Notes under the pieces: generated by a model | Databases searched by the model: none | Told to the model about the DNA's origin: nothing | What the model saw: the letters and a program-made list of their open reading frames with translations, nothing else | Assembly: GCF_964355755.1 (NCBI RefSeq) | Contig: NC_092673.1 | Location: 23,929,648 to 23,993,647 of the forward strand | Length of the DNA stretch: 64,000 bases | Reading direction: 5' to 3' | Origin: Antedon mediterranea | Taxonomy: Eukaryota; Animalia; Echinodermata | Made by a program: the position numbers and the translations under genes | Shown: piece after piece, positions 24,501 through 36,714 of the stretch | How the letters are laid out: every line of letters begins with the position of its first letter | Numbering within the stretch: position 1 is the stretch's first letter

Positions 24501-27500
24501 GACTGTTTCCTTGGCCTCGACGCAAGTTGGTGGTCTAGTTATGAACACCAGGCTAGTGATTGGGAGGTTGTGGGTTGGAGCGGACTGTTTCCTTGGCCTC
24601 GACGCAAGTTGGTGGTCTAGTTATGAACACCAGGCTAGTGATTGGGAGGTTGTGGGTTGGAGCGGACTGTTTCCTTGGCCTCGACGCAAGTTGGTGGTCT
24701 AGTTATGAACGGCAGGCTAGTGATTGGGAGGTTGTGGGTTGGAGCGGACTGTTTCCTTGGCCTCGACGCAAGTTGGTGGTCTAGTTATGAACGCCAGGCT
24801 AGTGATTGGGAGGTTGTGGGTTGGAGCGGACTGTTTCCTTGGCCTCGATGCAAGTTGGTGGTCTAGTTATGAACACCAGGCTAGTGATTGGGAGGTTGTG
24901 GGTTGGAGCGGACTGTTTCCTTGGCCTCGATGCAAGTTGGTGGTCTAATTATGAATGCCAGGCTAGTGATCGCGAGGTTTTGGATTGGAGCGGACGGTTT
25001 CCTTGGCTTTGGCGCAAGTTGGTGGTCTAGTTATGAACGCCAGGTTTTTAATTAATAATTATGGTAAAAATATTTGTTCCCGTTCGATGACATAATTTAA
25101 ATTTCATAATTATAATGTTTATACGTCAGTATGAAAACCCCTACACTTTCATACTCTTTAATTAATACCAATACTACTAGTTTATTAATATTATTAAGTT
25201 TTATTCATTATATGAACATCTATTATGTATTCTTCTTTTTTCTTTTGTTATATGATTTTGTCATTTATTGCCAGATCCATCAATCTACATCAAATTTGTA
25301 CAGTATATTAATAAGCTTTTTATGGTACGCAATTAGTAAGTAAGCAAATCATGCATCATGCTTTTTTTTATTACCTTCATAGCTTGAATTTTTGTGTGCA
25401 GGTGCTTGGCTACCACTCTAAGGGTCCTTGCTTCAAGTCCTGCAACATGTCAGGACTTTTTTCTAAGGACAAAATTACAACCATTCTACTGGGCAGGCAG
25501 TGGTTAGTAAAATTCAAAAAAAATTGTTTATATATAAAACTCTTATAAAATTGGGATTTCAGATCCAGTGAGATTGAGGCTTTAAACAACTCTTTATTGC
25601 AATTCAACTTCCGGTAGAATAATATGGTAAAATTATTTGTCCTTTGATCGCGTAAGAGAGGAAATTAAAATTTCATAGCTTATAATTAATTATATTATAG
25701 TGGTAGAAGACGGTCAAATTATTTATTCATCGATCACGTAATCGGAAGCGCTTAAAATTTAATTATTGTTTATTTATGTCTGTTCACGTCAAAACATTAT
25801 GAAAAATTTCCATTATATACTTTTTGCTACATAAATTAATTGTGTTATCACCCACTGGTTTATTAATAATAATATATATCCGGTAGAAGATGGCAAAGTG
25901 ATTGTGGCATAATTTATTTGATAACTTAATTGGAATATCTTATAGCATTGTTTATATTTTTATAATAATATTGTTTGATTGTTTCCGGTAAGCCATCAAT
26001 AGATTATGGTAAACTAATTTCCTTCTATTCTATGCCCTTAATAATAGTGTTTATTTATAAATTCAGGTACCACTTTGATACTGGTTTATTTAATATTAAT
26101 AGTGTCTTGTGCTGCATTTATTACAGAGAGTGCAATTTATTCATACTGTAAACCAGGGCAAAACGACCTACAGTAGCATGAAACCTAGATCTACCAGACC
26201 TAGCATGTAAAATAAAAAGCACTTTAACTTGAAATTAATAAGCAAAACATGGAGTTAAAATTTGTATGAAGAAACATGTGGCTATAAATGTGTGGTACCT
26301 CACGTATGTAATTTTGAAAAGAACTACAATAGTTTAATCAGTCATTAAAGTAAACTCAACCATCTTTCCAAAACAGAATAAACTTAACAGTTCTTTTCAG
26401 AACTACATAATGTACATGGTGCTCAAGTACGTATTTATGAAATACAGAATAAATGAATGGATATCATATGTTAGTGTTCCCCAATAAAAAAAAAAGTTTA
26501 AAAAATTTGACCCGCTCCTAAAGAGATATAATTTGTTTTGTGTTGTTCAGCTAACACACATCTTGTAAATTGAGTAAAGCTCTGTCTACACTATCAAACT
26601 AGTTTGACAAAAAAAGTGTGATATGTGCCCAAATACGGTAGTGATAATGATATGCCCAAATATGTTAGTGATAATATGACATCATCATCCCCATATATGG
26701 GCACATCACATTTTTTTGTTTCATAAAGTTATTTTCATTTCTGTGTCTTATATTATATGTTTTGTTTGCTTTTAAATATTTTGTTTTGACGTTTGCTTTA
26801 TTGGCGACACCACCATTTTGGAAATAAATGTTAATTTTGAATTGAATTTTGAATAGTGTAGACCAAAGATCGTATAGCGCCACGTAGTGGCGCAAGATAT
26901 GGAACTGACGCTCGAAAAATGATAATTGCATTGGCAGCCATTCCGGCAAGCGGATTACCCAGTAGGCAATGCGGCACGCCACCTAAATCAATGTAAACAA
27001 ATAGGATTTACATCTACGCGATAAACAGTACGACTTTATTTTATCTTTTGTGTCAAAATGAAAGAACATCTATTATAACATTCGATTATATAAATTTACT
27101 CCATTTGATATTACACTTACATATGCGTATATCACTGTCCAACCTCAAACGGCTACAGAATAAACACTGACTGTATGGAGGACGAATTTTGTAGGCAGTC
27201 AGTTGAGGCATAGTTATAAATAGTAATAGGACTAGTGAGTATTCAAAAATGTTTACATTAATTAACTAAATATTTTTCAAATAAAGATGAAGAACAAAAT
27301 AAATATGAGGATCAAATTTATAATTTAAATTTATTAAATAAAAAAAAACAATAACATCATGATCAGGTTTAGTAGACCTACCTACCCTGTGATTTTATTG
27401 TTTTATAACGATTTTTTATTTCATTACATTTAATTATTTCTGTTAATGTTATTATTAATAAAACGCCATTTTGTCTTCGTACATTTTTAATAAAAACTCT

Positions 27501-30500
27501 TAATTCCCGAACAGCTTCAGCTTTTTTCTTAATCTTCCATCCATCCAAGTCATCATAGTCAGCCGCCAATATCATTCATCCTCTCCTCCCAGACTTTTTT
27601 TAATAATACTAACTAGTAGTTAGTAGTATTGGGCATTAAATATGCCTAGGCCTACTACTGTACTATCTAGGCCCTAGATCGGATTGCGAAGAAATGCCTG
27701 CCTGAACTAAATTTATACAACAATTTAATAATTTTGTTAATGTTTACTAGCAAAAAAATATATATTCTAAAAACTTACCCTTACAATTTACCCGATACAA
27801 CACGAGAAAACCTCCCGAACAAACACTCAACACGTCACACGTGGATGTGGTTCAATGGTTTATTATACACTTCCGGGGTATGTGATCGCGTAACTTGCTT
27901 GCCGGAATGGCTGCCCATGGAATTTCACTCATGCGCAGTGTATAAGAGATAGGACTTCCCTATCTTGCGCCACTTCGTGGCGCTATAGTATCTTTGGTGT
28001 AGACAGAGCATAATACTGTACTAATCTTAATTATTTGCATTGATTAAAGTTGAAGTACCTGTATTTAAAGGTGAAGTGCCATCTGAGCCACCAACTGCAT
28101 AAAGGTAAGAACCAAGTACAGCTACAGCGACTCCCAAACGTCTAGTACTCATTGATGCTACTCGTGTCCACCTATTTGCATGTGGTTCATATCTAATAAA
28201 ATAATAATTTAATTACCACCATTAAAAACATACAATGAAATTACCTGTTCTATTGCACATTCATTATTTGTTTTATAACACACTTGGTCAAAGCCTAAAT
28301 TTGTAAATATACATTGCGCAAAGAATGTATACATATGAAGAGTTTACCATTCTGATATAATATACAGTACAAAATTATTTGTTCCATTGCACATTCATTA
28401 TTTGTTTTATAACACACCTACAGTAGCCAAAGCCTAAATTTGTAAATTGCATAAGAATCTTCCATAAATATACAGTGCACAAAGAATGTATACATATGAA
28501 GAATGTACCTTTCTACAATGTTTAAACATGAGACTCCATCCTGGCCCCCTACTGCGTATAGATAACCATCGAGTACAGCGACCCCTACACTGGTCCGACA
28601 CGTACTTGTCGGGGCAACATCACTGCTCCATTGATTTGTTTGTGGATCGTACCTAAAATTAGAGTAAATAACACATTATATAAACAAATTATCATCCAAT
28701 TTTCTTCCAATATAAAATTGGACAAACATTAATTTGCAATGTAAACAATAAATTGACATGACCTGATTGTTTGTCACAAATTAAAACTCCTTAATTTCAA
28801 GAACAATGAATCATAGTAAAATCATACAATTCCTACCTTTCTATGCTATTTAAATATGAAGAACCATCGTGTCCTCCAACGGCATATAATAAATCATCGA
28901 GAACAGCAACCCCAACGCCGCATCGTCTCTTACTCATTGCTGCGACCATTCTCCATTCACCTGCCTGCGGATCATATCTTTCAACACTAGCTATGGCATC
29001 GCCACTACACCAACCACCAACTATGAATGAAAAAATGGTTTGATTTTATATATTAATCAAAAAAGATATTTTGCAACTAAGTGGTATTTATTGAGAGAAC
29101 ACTTATGAACAGTAATGTAGTACTTTTTTCCAGAAGAAGCGGTCCTTCTTATGGTGTATTGGGTATTTTGCTAACAACAGTGGAAGGGCTATCAGTGCCC
29201 ACTGGCTAGATCTAGGGCCCCAGAGCATAAGCAGTCCAAACACAACTACCCAGCATTGGAGGGCCATTAGAAGTGCTAAACCAGGGGCCTTTCCCTTGCG
29301 TTATGACGGTTGTCACATAATGCTTTGTAATTGTATTTCTTTGTAAATTTTTTGTTTCATATGGACAGTTTGTCTGAAATAAAGTTGAATTGAACTGATT
29401 TGAATAAACAGATACATTATGTGTTGAAATAAAACATTACCAGCAAAAAGGACTTCTCCACATCTAATAGGTTTTCTAGGTCTTGTTCTTGGACCTTGCA
29501 TGAGAGGGCGCTCTTGTGGTAAAAGTAAATAGTTTTTTGCTTCATCAACTAAATCTCGACAGGCTTCATCACTACGAATCAAAATATCTGAACTAACAGT
29601 TCCAACTAGAAACTTAGGTGTTAACAACGGTAAACGAACATGTTGAATAACCTATAAAAACAACAAAGTATAGAAAAAATTTAATTTAATGTGGTGGTTA
29701 CTAATACAAGTTCAATCTGCGGTAGGTGGAGGGTACTGTATGTTAGTGAATTGATCAAAACGATTCTAAACTACTTGAAGAGAGGAGGTTGGAGCTTTGC
29801 GAAGCCGGCGTTGTGTGTTGGGAGTGTGGGATATTAACATAATTGTAATTTGTACTGGGAAGGTTTTAAACTACTGGAGTGGCGTAGATTGGGAGAGAAG
29901 TACCGCTCTGGGGTGGGTATTTCATCTAGTTATTTATAACTGTTACACTCTCTGACATGGACGTCAACGAGAGGGAAGTAATACGCAGAATTGAAGCCTT
30001 TGAGATAAGGTGCTAGAGAAAAATGTTAAAAATTAAACACAGAGGGAATGAGGACATATTGATTGAGAAAATGAATATGAAAAGGATAGCGGAGCAGCAA
30101 AAACAATGGCTTGGACAAGCTTTACTGTACACACACTCTGAGTTGGGCAAAACATCTTCCTTCCTAATGCAAAATAAACAAGGGATTATCAATAAACAAG
30201 GGATTATCAATAAACAAGGGATTATCAATAACCATGATTTTTATACAGTAGTAACTGTATAAAACTCTACACTATCAAACTAGGTTGACAAAAAAGTGCC
30301 TAAATATAGTAGTGATGTACCCAAATATGGTTGTAATGTAATATGACATCATCATCACATTTTTTGTCACAAAAAGTTTGATAGTGTAGTCAGAGCTTTA
30401 AATGAAACATACCTGTGAAATAAGATGCCTTCTTTCTCCTAAATTGTATTTTACCCATGCAAGGCAAGCGGCAAATACTTGCTCCTCTGTCCGAACGTTC

Positions 30501-32796
30501 AATTCTTCACTTCCAATGATGTCTATTAACTGGCCTACAGGTAACAACAGAAACTCCTCACTTTCCATTACCTAGATAAAAAATGAATGTAATTTAACCA
30601 AATAACACAAAAGAACATGATTCAATCAACAACCAACCTACTGTACTTCGAATAAATGATAATTGAAAAATGTCAATGAAAAATTAAGAAGAAAGCATTA
30701 GAGTAATCCTTTCGTCCTTTAATGTGCAATACCACTCGATGTAGGAAATCATTTGTCCACAACTCTATTCATGTTTCCAACACAACATTCCAAAGATAGT
30801 TTGTTTACTTGTTTACTACTGACTGTATATAGTTTTAATGTATTGTATTGATATTTTTAATGTTGTATGTGTTTTTAAGCATCAAGGAAAACCAATTTCA
30901 TGTTCGCCTTGTTGTGTTCATGACAATAAAGATTATCTTATCTTGAAAGTTTAAGAATAGAAGACACACATTTTAAACTAGAAAGAACGGCACTCCGAGA
31001 GTTCATATCTCCGCCTAAAGTATAATTTCCCTAAACAATTATGATTTTCCCCAATTTTTTTTTTTTTTTTAAATGTTTGTGTCTTTAGTGCAAAGTGTGA
31101 TTAGGCTAATTTCACTACAACCTTTATGAATGTTAGTTTTGGTAATGGTTATGTATCCAGCCTTACACAGTTGAGGTCCCCAGTTCAATCCTATTATTTT
31201 TTTATTATTAATATTATTTTATATTATTTATATTATTATAATACAGTATATTTTAATTTCATTGACTATGACTACGTTAAGACTGCTCCATACTAGATTG
31301 CAGGCTTTGAAAATTGTCTCCTATCTTTTAACACTAGCAGGTCTGAAAATAATAGTAAGTGATCCAGAATTGGGATCCTGGTCTGGATTGCTTCCAAAAG
31401 GTTCTTATGATGAATGATATAACCTGTGAATGAATTTACATGAGTGATCAATACTCATACAGTAGTCAATACTTGACACACTGTTTAAAATAAAAAATAC
31501 ACCATTTTAAAGCTACACATACACCGGATTTTACCATGGTACAGTACCATTCAAAAAGAAAAAAAAACCATTTATATTGTATTATTTTATATTACTCAAT
31601 TACTGTACTGTAAAGAATGTGGACATGGCACCCATTCTAGACTTTAACAAAATCTCTTATCTACGTTGCATCTTAAAATGTTATTGTTTAGAAGGAAATT
31701 ATATGATTGCAAGAGTATGGAGTAAAATAATGAGATTGGTTCAACAGGAAGTGGCTTAACAAGCTGAATTTGTTCAGGATGGGTCTGAATGGTAGGTTAC
31801 AAATCTGATTAGACTGTTTAAAACTTCATTGTAAGACCATAACAACTGTAGTGTCATGGTTATGTATAATTTTTAGCACTAAAATAAGTCAAAACTTTGT
31901 TCATTATCTCCTCCAATACTTGTGTTTTTTAGCTTCTTGGTCACTTTTTTTGGTAAACTTCGTAACTCTCTGCAATTCTCTCTATGTCACATAAAGGTCA
32001 TCGCAATCGGTGACAGCATATAAACAACAATAACAAAATGGTGACCTGTCTATTGGATGGGTTTACCGTATTTATTAATATTCAAACAATATCATGGGAA
32101 GTACTGTAAATAAATTGATATACATACAGTAGAATCCCTCCCTCAGGACCTCCATATACAGTAGGACAGTTTGAGGTGTGATATGTGGCCAACCCCTTTT
32201 TATTTTTGTTTGGTTCTGAAAATATCATCTTACTATAGGTTATTCTAAAACAGATTAAAAATAGACTATACAAATACCTGTTGAAAATTCAATTGTGTAA
32301 ACTTATCAGCAACCCTTAAAAGTTCTTTACAGGAATGAGTATCTGCAAATGCCCTAATTCCAAGACAGTTTGATGGGTCTAGCTGCCGTTTCAAAAACTC
32401 GCAGCATGCCTCCTGAATTTCTCCTAACTGTAATAAGCAGGCAGCTGGTAACAGAGTCTGAACGTTACTCTCTTCCACCGTAACGACCGATGTGTACGCA
32501 AAATCAATCAACTGTTCCATAGCACGTTCATCTATGTCTCTAATCGTTACCTCTGTTTGTCTGCTCTCTGCAAGTTCGCCTGTGAACATTGCACGGAAAT
32601 AAGGACTACAGGCGGATAAAACAATTCGGTGGGCAAATATTTTTGTATCGGCAACAACAATGACGACGTCGCAAAGTTCCCTGTGTTTGCGTAACACGCT
32701 TATCATCTCCATGGTCTCTCGAGGGTGCTTTTCAGAATTGTAAACATATCGAGCCGGTTGCGGAGGTGTGTCAAAAACTTGGTGAACTCCTGCCAT
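18556..32796 (-). CDS. KLHL20: Kelch-like protein 20 / diablo (BTB-BACK-6xKelch Cul3 adaptor), 584 aa, 8 coding exons
   Basis: Exons 32796-32278, 30571-30413, 29651-29441, 29020-28837, 28652-28509, 28192-28059, 19430-19222, 18750-18556 (1755 nt, phases consistent). Motifs [93 protein letters not shown] match KLHL20. Probable non-coding first exon with its donor at 33711-33712. Confidence 0.96.
19522..19857. mobile_element. Non-autonomous TIR element with TTAA TSD (Kolobok-like)
   Basis: TTAA|AGATATATTGTCCCCC ... GGGGGACAATACATCT|TTAA. Confidence 0.65.
22387..25045. repeat. 82-bp tandem satellite, about 32 copies, in a KLHL20 intron
   Basis: Unit TTGGCCTCGACGCAAGTTGGTGGTCTAGTTATGAACACCAGGCTAGTGATTGGGAGGTTGTGGGTTGGAGCGGACTGTTTCC; ORF calls recur every 82 nt. 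Confidence 0.95.
26578..28009. mobile_element. MITE family A copy split by a nested element
   Basis: Left TIR at 26578; right TIR interrupted at ATAGTGTAG|...|GTAGACAGAGC. Confidence 0.7.
26862..27998. mobile_element. 1.14-kb non-autonomous TIR DNA transposon nested in the MITE A terminus
   Basis: About 40-bp TIRs ACCAAAGATCGTATAGCGCCACGTAGTGGCGCAAGATA / TATCTTGCGCCACTTCGTGGCGCTATAGTATCTTTGGT; subterminal inverted GGCAGCCATTCCGGCAAGC; TSD GTAG (or TGTAGA). Confidence 0.8.
29930..30125 (+). mobile_element. RTE-clade LINE reverse transcriptase C-terminal fragment (degenerate)
   Basis: Translation [34 protein letters not shown] matches the RTE motif ETWT...RRIEAFEMWCYRRMLKI..NEEVL..WLGH. Confidence 0.65.
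30262..30397. mobile_element. MITE family A
   Basis: Degenerate TIRs, same core. Confidence 0.7.
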
Positions 32797-33199
32797 TTTT
32801 ACTATAAAATAAAAATATTGGAATTTAACGTAAAAGGTCTTATATTATGCTGAATCAGTATGGTACTAGAGTAGGTCTGTTTAAAACAAAAATACAGTCA
32901 TTGCATTGCCACTTTTAAAACAGGAAATTTTGATGCTCAATTAACAAATTAAAGCAAGTCATGCTGTTTTGATAATTTGAAAAATGACTGTACATATCAT
33001 ATGCTATACAGTACTGTATCAAAAAGTAATTGTAAAAAAAGGAAATTTTGGCATATATTTGTTTGGTGTGATTTAAAAAATAGTTAATTACTATTAGTAT
33101 TAATATACTAGGCTAAAGTAGTATCAATCAAATCAGCAAGTAGGTATAGCCTACAGTATTTATTATTGATTATAGAAAAATTGATGTAAAGTTTTATTT

Positions 33200-33620
33200 A
33201 TTTAGGCCTAGTTAGGCCTGGGCCTAAAAAATATTTCCGGCCTACTAGCCTAGTAGGCCTAGTAGTGTACAGTGTCAGTAGATCTAGGCCTAGCCTATGC
33301 CCTAGAGTTTAGTAAATAAAATATTAATTAGGGGGGCCTAGCTAGGCCTACTAGCCCTTGGCTAGGCCTAGAGTATATAGTAATCTACTAGAATATATAT
33401 ACAACTGTGTAGTTATCATCCTCATGTGAGTAGGCCTAGGCTAGACCATTAGGCCTACTAGGCTAGCACAGCATTGTGTAGGCTTAGCCTAGTAGGTGTT
33501 ATTCCAGCCTAGCCTAGATAGCTAGCCTATACTATATGCCAGCTAGGCCTACTGGAGGCCTAGCTAGGCTAGGCTAGGCCTAGGCCTCCTAGCCTAGGAG
33601 GCCGCCGCGCTAGCTAACCT
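33200..33620. repeat. Low-complexity TAGGCCTA/CTAG palindrome-rich tract in KLHL20 first intron
   Basis: Dense scrambled AGGCCT, CTAG and TAGCCTA words. Confidence 0.7.
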
Positions 33621-33712
33621 TTTTACAACCAATTTATTATATCATTTAGTGAATGAATTTTAAATAAAATGACAACAATACTTATAATAAAACTAACTGA
33701 TTCTTTACTTAC

Positions 33713-34111
33713 GGTTTAATAGTCGAAATATATCTTCTAACCTGTTGTTTTAGCTCGGTTATTTAAGGAAGTTTGTTTACATTTTTCTTCGAGCAAAAGA
33801 TGGCTGCCTAAAATTGTACATGAAGACTATTTTTAAACCAATTTGTTCTAATTTAAATTATAAATAAAAATTCGTTTTCATATTAGGATTAAAAAACTAA
33901 AATAATTATTAAGTATTTAAAAAGACATATGAGATTTTTTATTAAAAATAATTTTTTTTGTTCATGTTATGTAACAATACATAGGCCTAGGGTCAAATTT
34001 GAAAAGGTCAATTTTCATGGAAACCACTGTAATCAAAACAACTTTTACATTTCTGTCAATTTTTCAACGTTATATACCTGTTTTAAATCGTATACATTCG
34101 ATAAGTTAACT
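33713..34111. promoter_or_regulatory. Bidirectional promoter region KLHL20 / ANKRD45
   Basis: Only about 400 bp separate the KLHL20 first-exon donor (33711-33712, minus) from the ANKRD45 ATG (34112). YY1-like AAGATGGCTGC 33797-33807, forkhead-like TGTTTAC 33774-33780, X-box-like TTTCATGGAAAC ~34013-34024. Confidence 0.55.
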
Positions 34112-36714
34112 ATGACAGGAACGACTGAAGAGACACCCCCGTCTCGAAAATCATCATCAAATCATAAAAATATTATTTTTCGTTGCATTTCGACAGGAGA
34201 TTTTGCCAGGTTGCAAGAATGCTTCACAAATGAAGCTGACCCATATTTTGATCGGGTTCAGGACCTGGTGAACAAATTTGAAGATGGGACAACACCAATT
34301 GAACTGGCATGCATAAGTGGGGATGAGAATATCGTTAGGTTTTTGATGGAAAGGGGATCTAATACAAATTTTCGTAATAAAAAATCTGGAAAGTCAGCCC
34401 TTGATATGTCTTGTATTTTAGGAAGAGAGGAGATTGTGAAGGCTCTTCTTGAGAAGGGAGCCGAATGTGATATGGCATCAAAGAGAGGTATTGACTATTG
34501 TTGATTACCGGTACTAGCCTAGGCCTATACAATACTGCTAAAGCCATAGTAAAACATGACCAAATTTGTACAACGTTAATAATACTCAGTATGTGAACAC
34601 ATTTGCATGTGTGGTGACAGAGCAGAGTGTAGCATGGCATGCTGCATATGGCATGTAGCATGCACGTTGTCACAGTAAGTGCAGTGTGCATGTTACAGTT
34701 CTGCCACAGACAGTGTAGCATGCATTCTAGGAGGTGCAGTACAAAAATAAAGGGGAAATGTACAATGGAGAGGCTGTAGACCCAACAAACTAAATTTTTT
34801 TCTAAATTATTTATACCTGTTTTCTTTATTCTAGGGTACACAGCACTGCATCATGCTGCTGCTTGGGGTAGAATAGAATGCTTAAAGATACTAGTGGATT
34901 TTGGTGCAATTTTATCTGTTGTTACCACCCATGGAGAGAAAGCGAGAGATGTAGCACTTCGATATAAGCATGTTGAATGTGCTTACTACCTTGATTTGTC
35001 GGGTAAATCTTCATCATAATACTATATTGATATCTGCAATGCATAGTTTATCATGCATACACAGTTTCATAAGAAATTCCCTTTTTCATTGGTCACTTTC
35101 AGCAGAAAAATGTGCACAGACTGTAGACTAATGTTAAGTTTTGACTTTCTAACTAATTTATTAAGCTCTGTCAAACTTTATGACAGAAAAAAAAAGTTGA
35201 TGTGCCCATATTTTGGCCATGATGAATGGTGTCCATCCCACTTTTGTTGTCAAACTAGTTTGATAGTGTAGACAGAGCTTCACAATATCATTTCAATAAC
35301 TGAGCACCATTTAATACTAATAAGCTAATACTTAATAATATCAGTTTTTGTTTTGGTCTAATTAGAATCTGACAGCATTTGAACCCAGGACACTGGGATT
35401 GGTAGCCAAGCATCTTAACCACCAAGCTACAGGGTTATATTGTACTGTATGTTTATCCAGGTCACTTAAAGCGGTGTCTACTCTTAACATTTAAAAAGGA
35501 ATAATGTTTGTTTTACAGAAGCAAAACGAGCTTTATTAGCTGTCATCAGAAATATGAAAGACACAGTTGAAGATCCGCAGAAACTTCAAGGAAAATTAAG
35601 CAAAGATGAAAAGGTTTATTTATAAATAATTAATAGAGATAATATAGAATATCAAACTGTATTATGTGACAAAAAAATGTGATGTGCCCATATGGACAGG
35701 ATGATGTCATACCACTACCATATTTGGCCATATTACTACCATATTTGGCCATATTACACTTTTTTTGTCAAACTAGTTTGATAGTGTAGACAGATCTGTA
35801 GAGAGATGGAATACTAGTATAGGAGTAAATGAGTCAGACTTGAGTTGGAGACTGTCTGGTGTTTGTTTGCAAAGCCACAAGTTTGAGACCTTGTGGTGTT
35901 GGGATGTTCAGTACATTTTGTAAGCTGTCACATGACAAGAACCATGTAATATTTAGATAAAACACAATCTAACCAACCAAATTTACTACTTGTTCTTATT
36001 TGTATCATACTGTATTGCTTACAGATGACTGCTATAAACCTATGTAGTGAAAGGCAGGAATGGCTTGAGACGGTGGATAAACCATCCGTTGAAGCTATCA
36101 TGAAAAATAGGGAAAGCTTAATAGAAGCATTGGAACCAATAAAACAAAAACTTCAAGAACCTGGTAAGCCAAACACATTGATACAATTGCATGCCAATAT
36201 TCATGATTTAACTGTAAGTATCCCAAGTACTAAAACTAGTATCTGAATGAATGCTAAATAAACTTGTAACACTGAGTTTTAGTTCTACATGGCCACCATG
36301 CAAGTGAATTAACCAATCACAAGCGACAGTTTGGATGATCCGTCATGTTGTGACTGGTCAAATTACCTTTCGTTTCGTTTCGTTTATTTATTTTTTCCAC
36401 TCACTTATATATATATATATATATCATTTACATTTATATAACATATATTAAATGTGGGTGGATGGAAGTCACAGTAAGTTCACTGAACTTTAAGTCGTGA
36501 CTCCCGTATGCCTAAGTATACTAACATTGCTACAGAGTAGACTAAAATATGAATATATGATTGACCTTTGGCTTGCTTATATCTTTTTGTGACATCCAAG
36601 AGGGAACCAAGCTTTACCCTGTATCTGGTTCTATTATATTTTTATTGCATATGTTTAAGTAAATTGTTATTTGTAATTTCATTTTCAGCTCCTGAAAAGC
36701 CCCACAGAAGATAA
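34112..36714 (+). CDS. ANKRD45: Ankyrin repeat domain-containing protein 45, 267 aa, 5 coding exons
   Basis: Exons 34112-34487, 34835-35002, 35519-35613, 36025-36163, 36689-36714 (804 nt). Ankyrin repeats (TPIELACISG, SALDMSCILG, GYTALHHAAAWGRIECLKILV) then EKARDVALRY..ECAYYL..EAKRAL..GKLSKDEK..CSERQEWLET, which follows the ANKRD45 C-terminal pattern; divergent from KLHL20. Confidence 0.88.
35164..35279. mobile_element. MITE family A
   Basis: Same TIR termini and core. Confidence 0.7.
35648..35797. mobile_element. MITE family A
   Basis: Core and right TIR present. Confidence 0.65.

Noticed and set aside
22387-25045. CRISPR array, or a run of 60-76 aa ORFs
   Set aside because: Eukaryotic intron; the units are contiguous near-identical 82-mers with no unique spacers and no cas genes; the ORFs are artefacts of the period.
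33929-34111. N-terminal extension of the ANKRD45 ORF from ATG 33929
   Set aside because: Low-complexity AT-rich translation overlapping the promoter; ATG 34112 gives a typical ANKRD45 length.
34359-34841. 160-aa minus-strand ORF
   Set aside because: Antisense to ANKRD45 exon 1 and intron 1; no domain signal.
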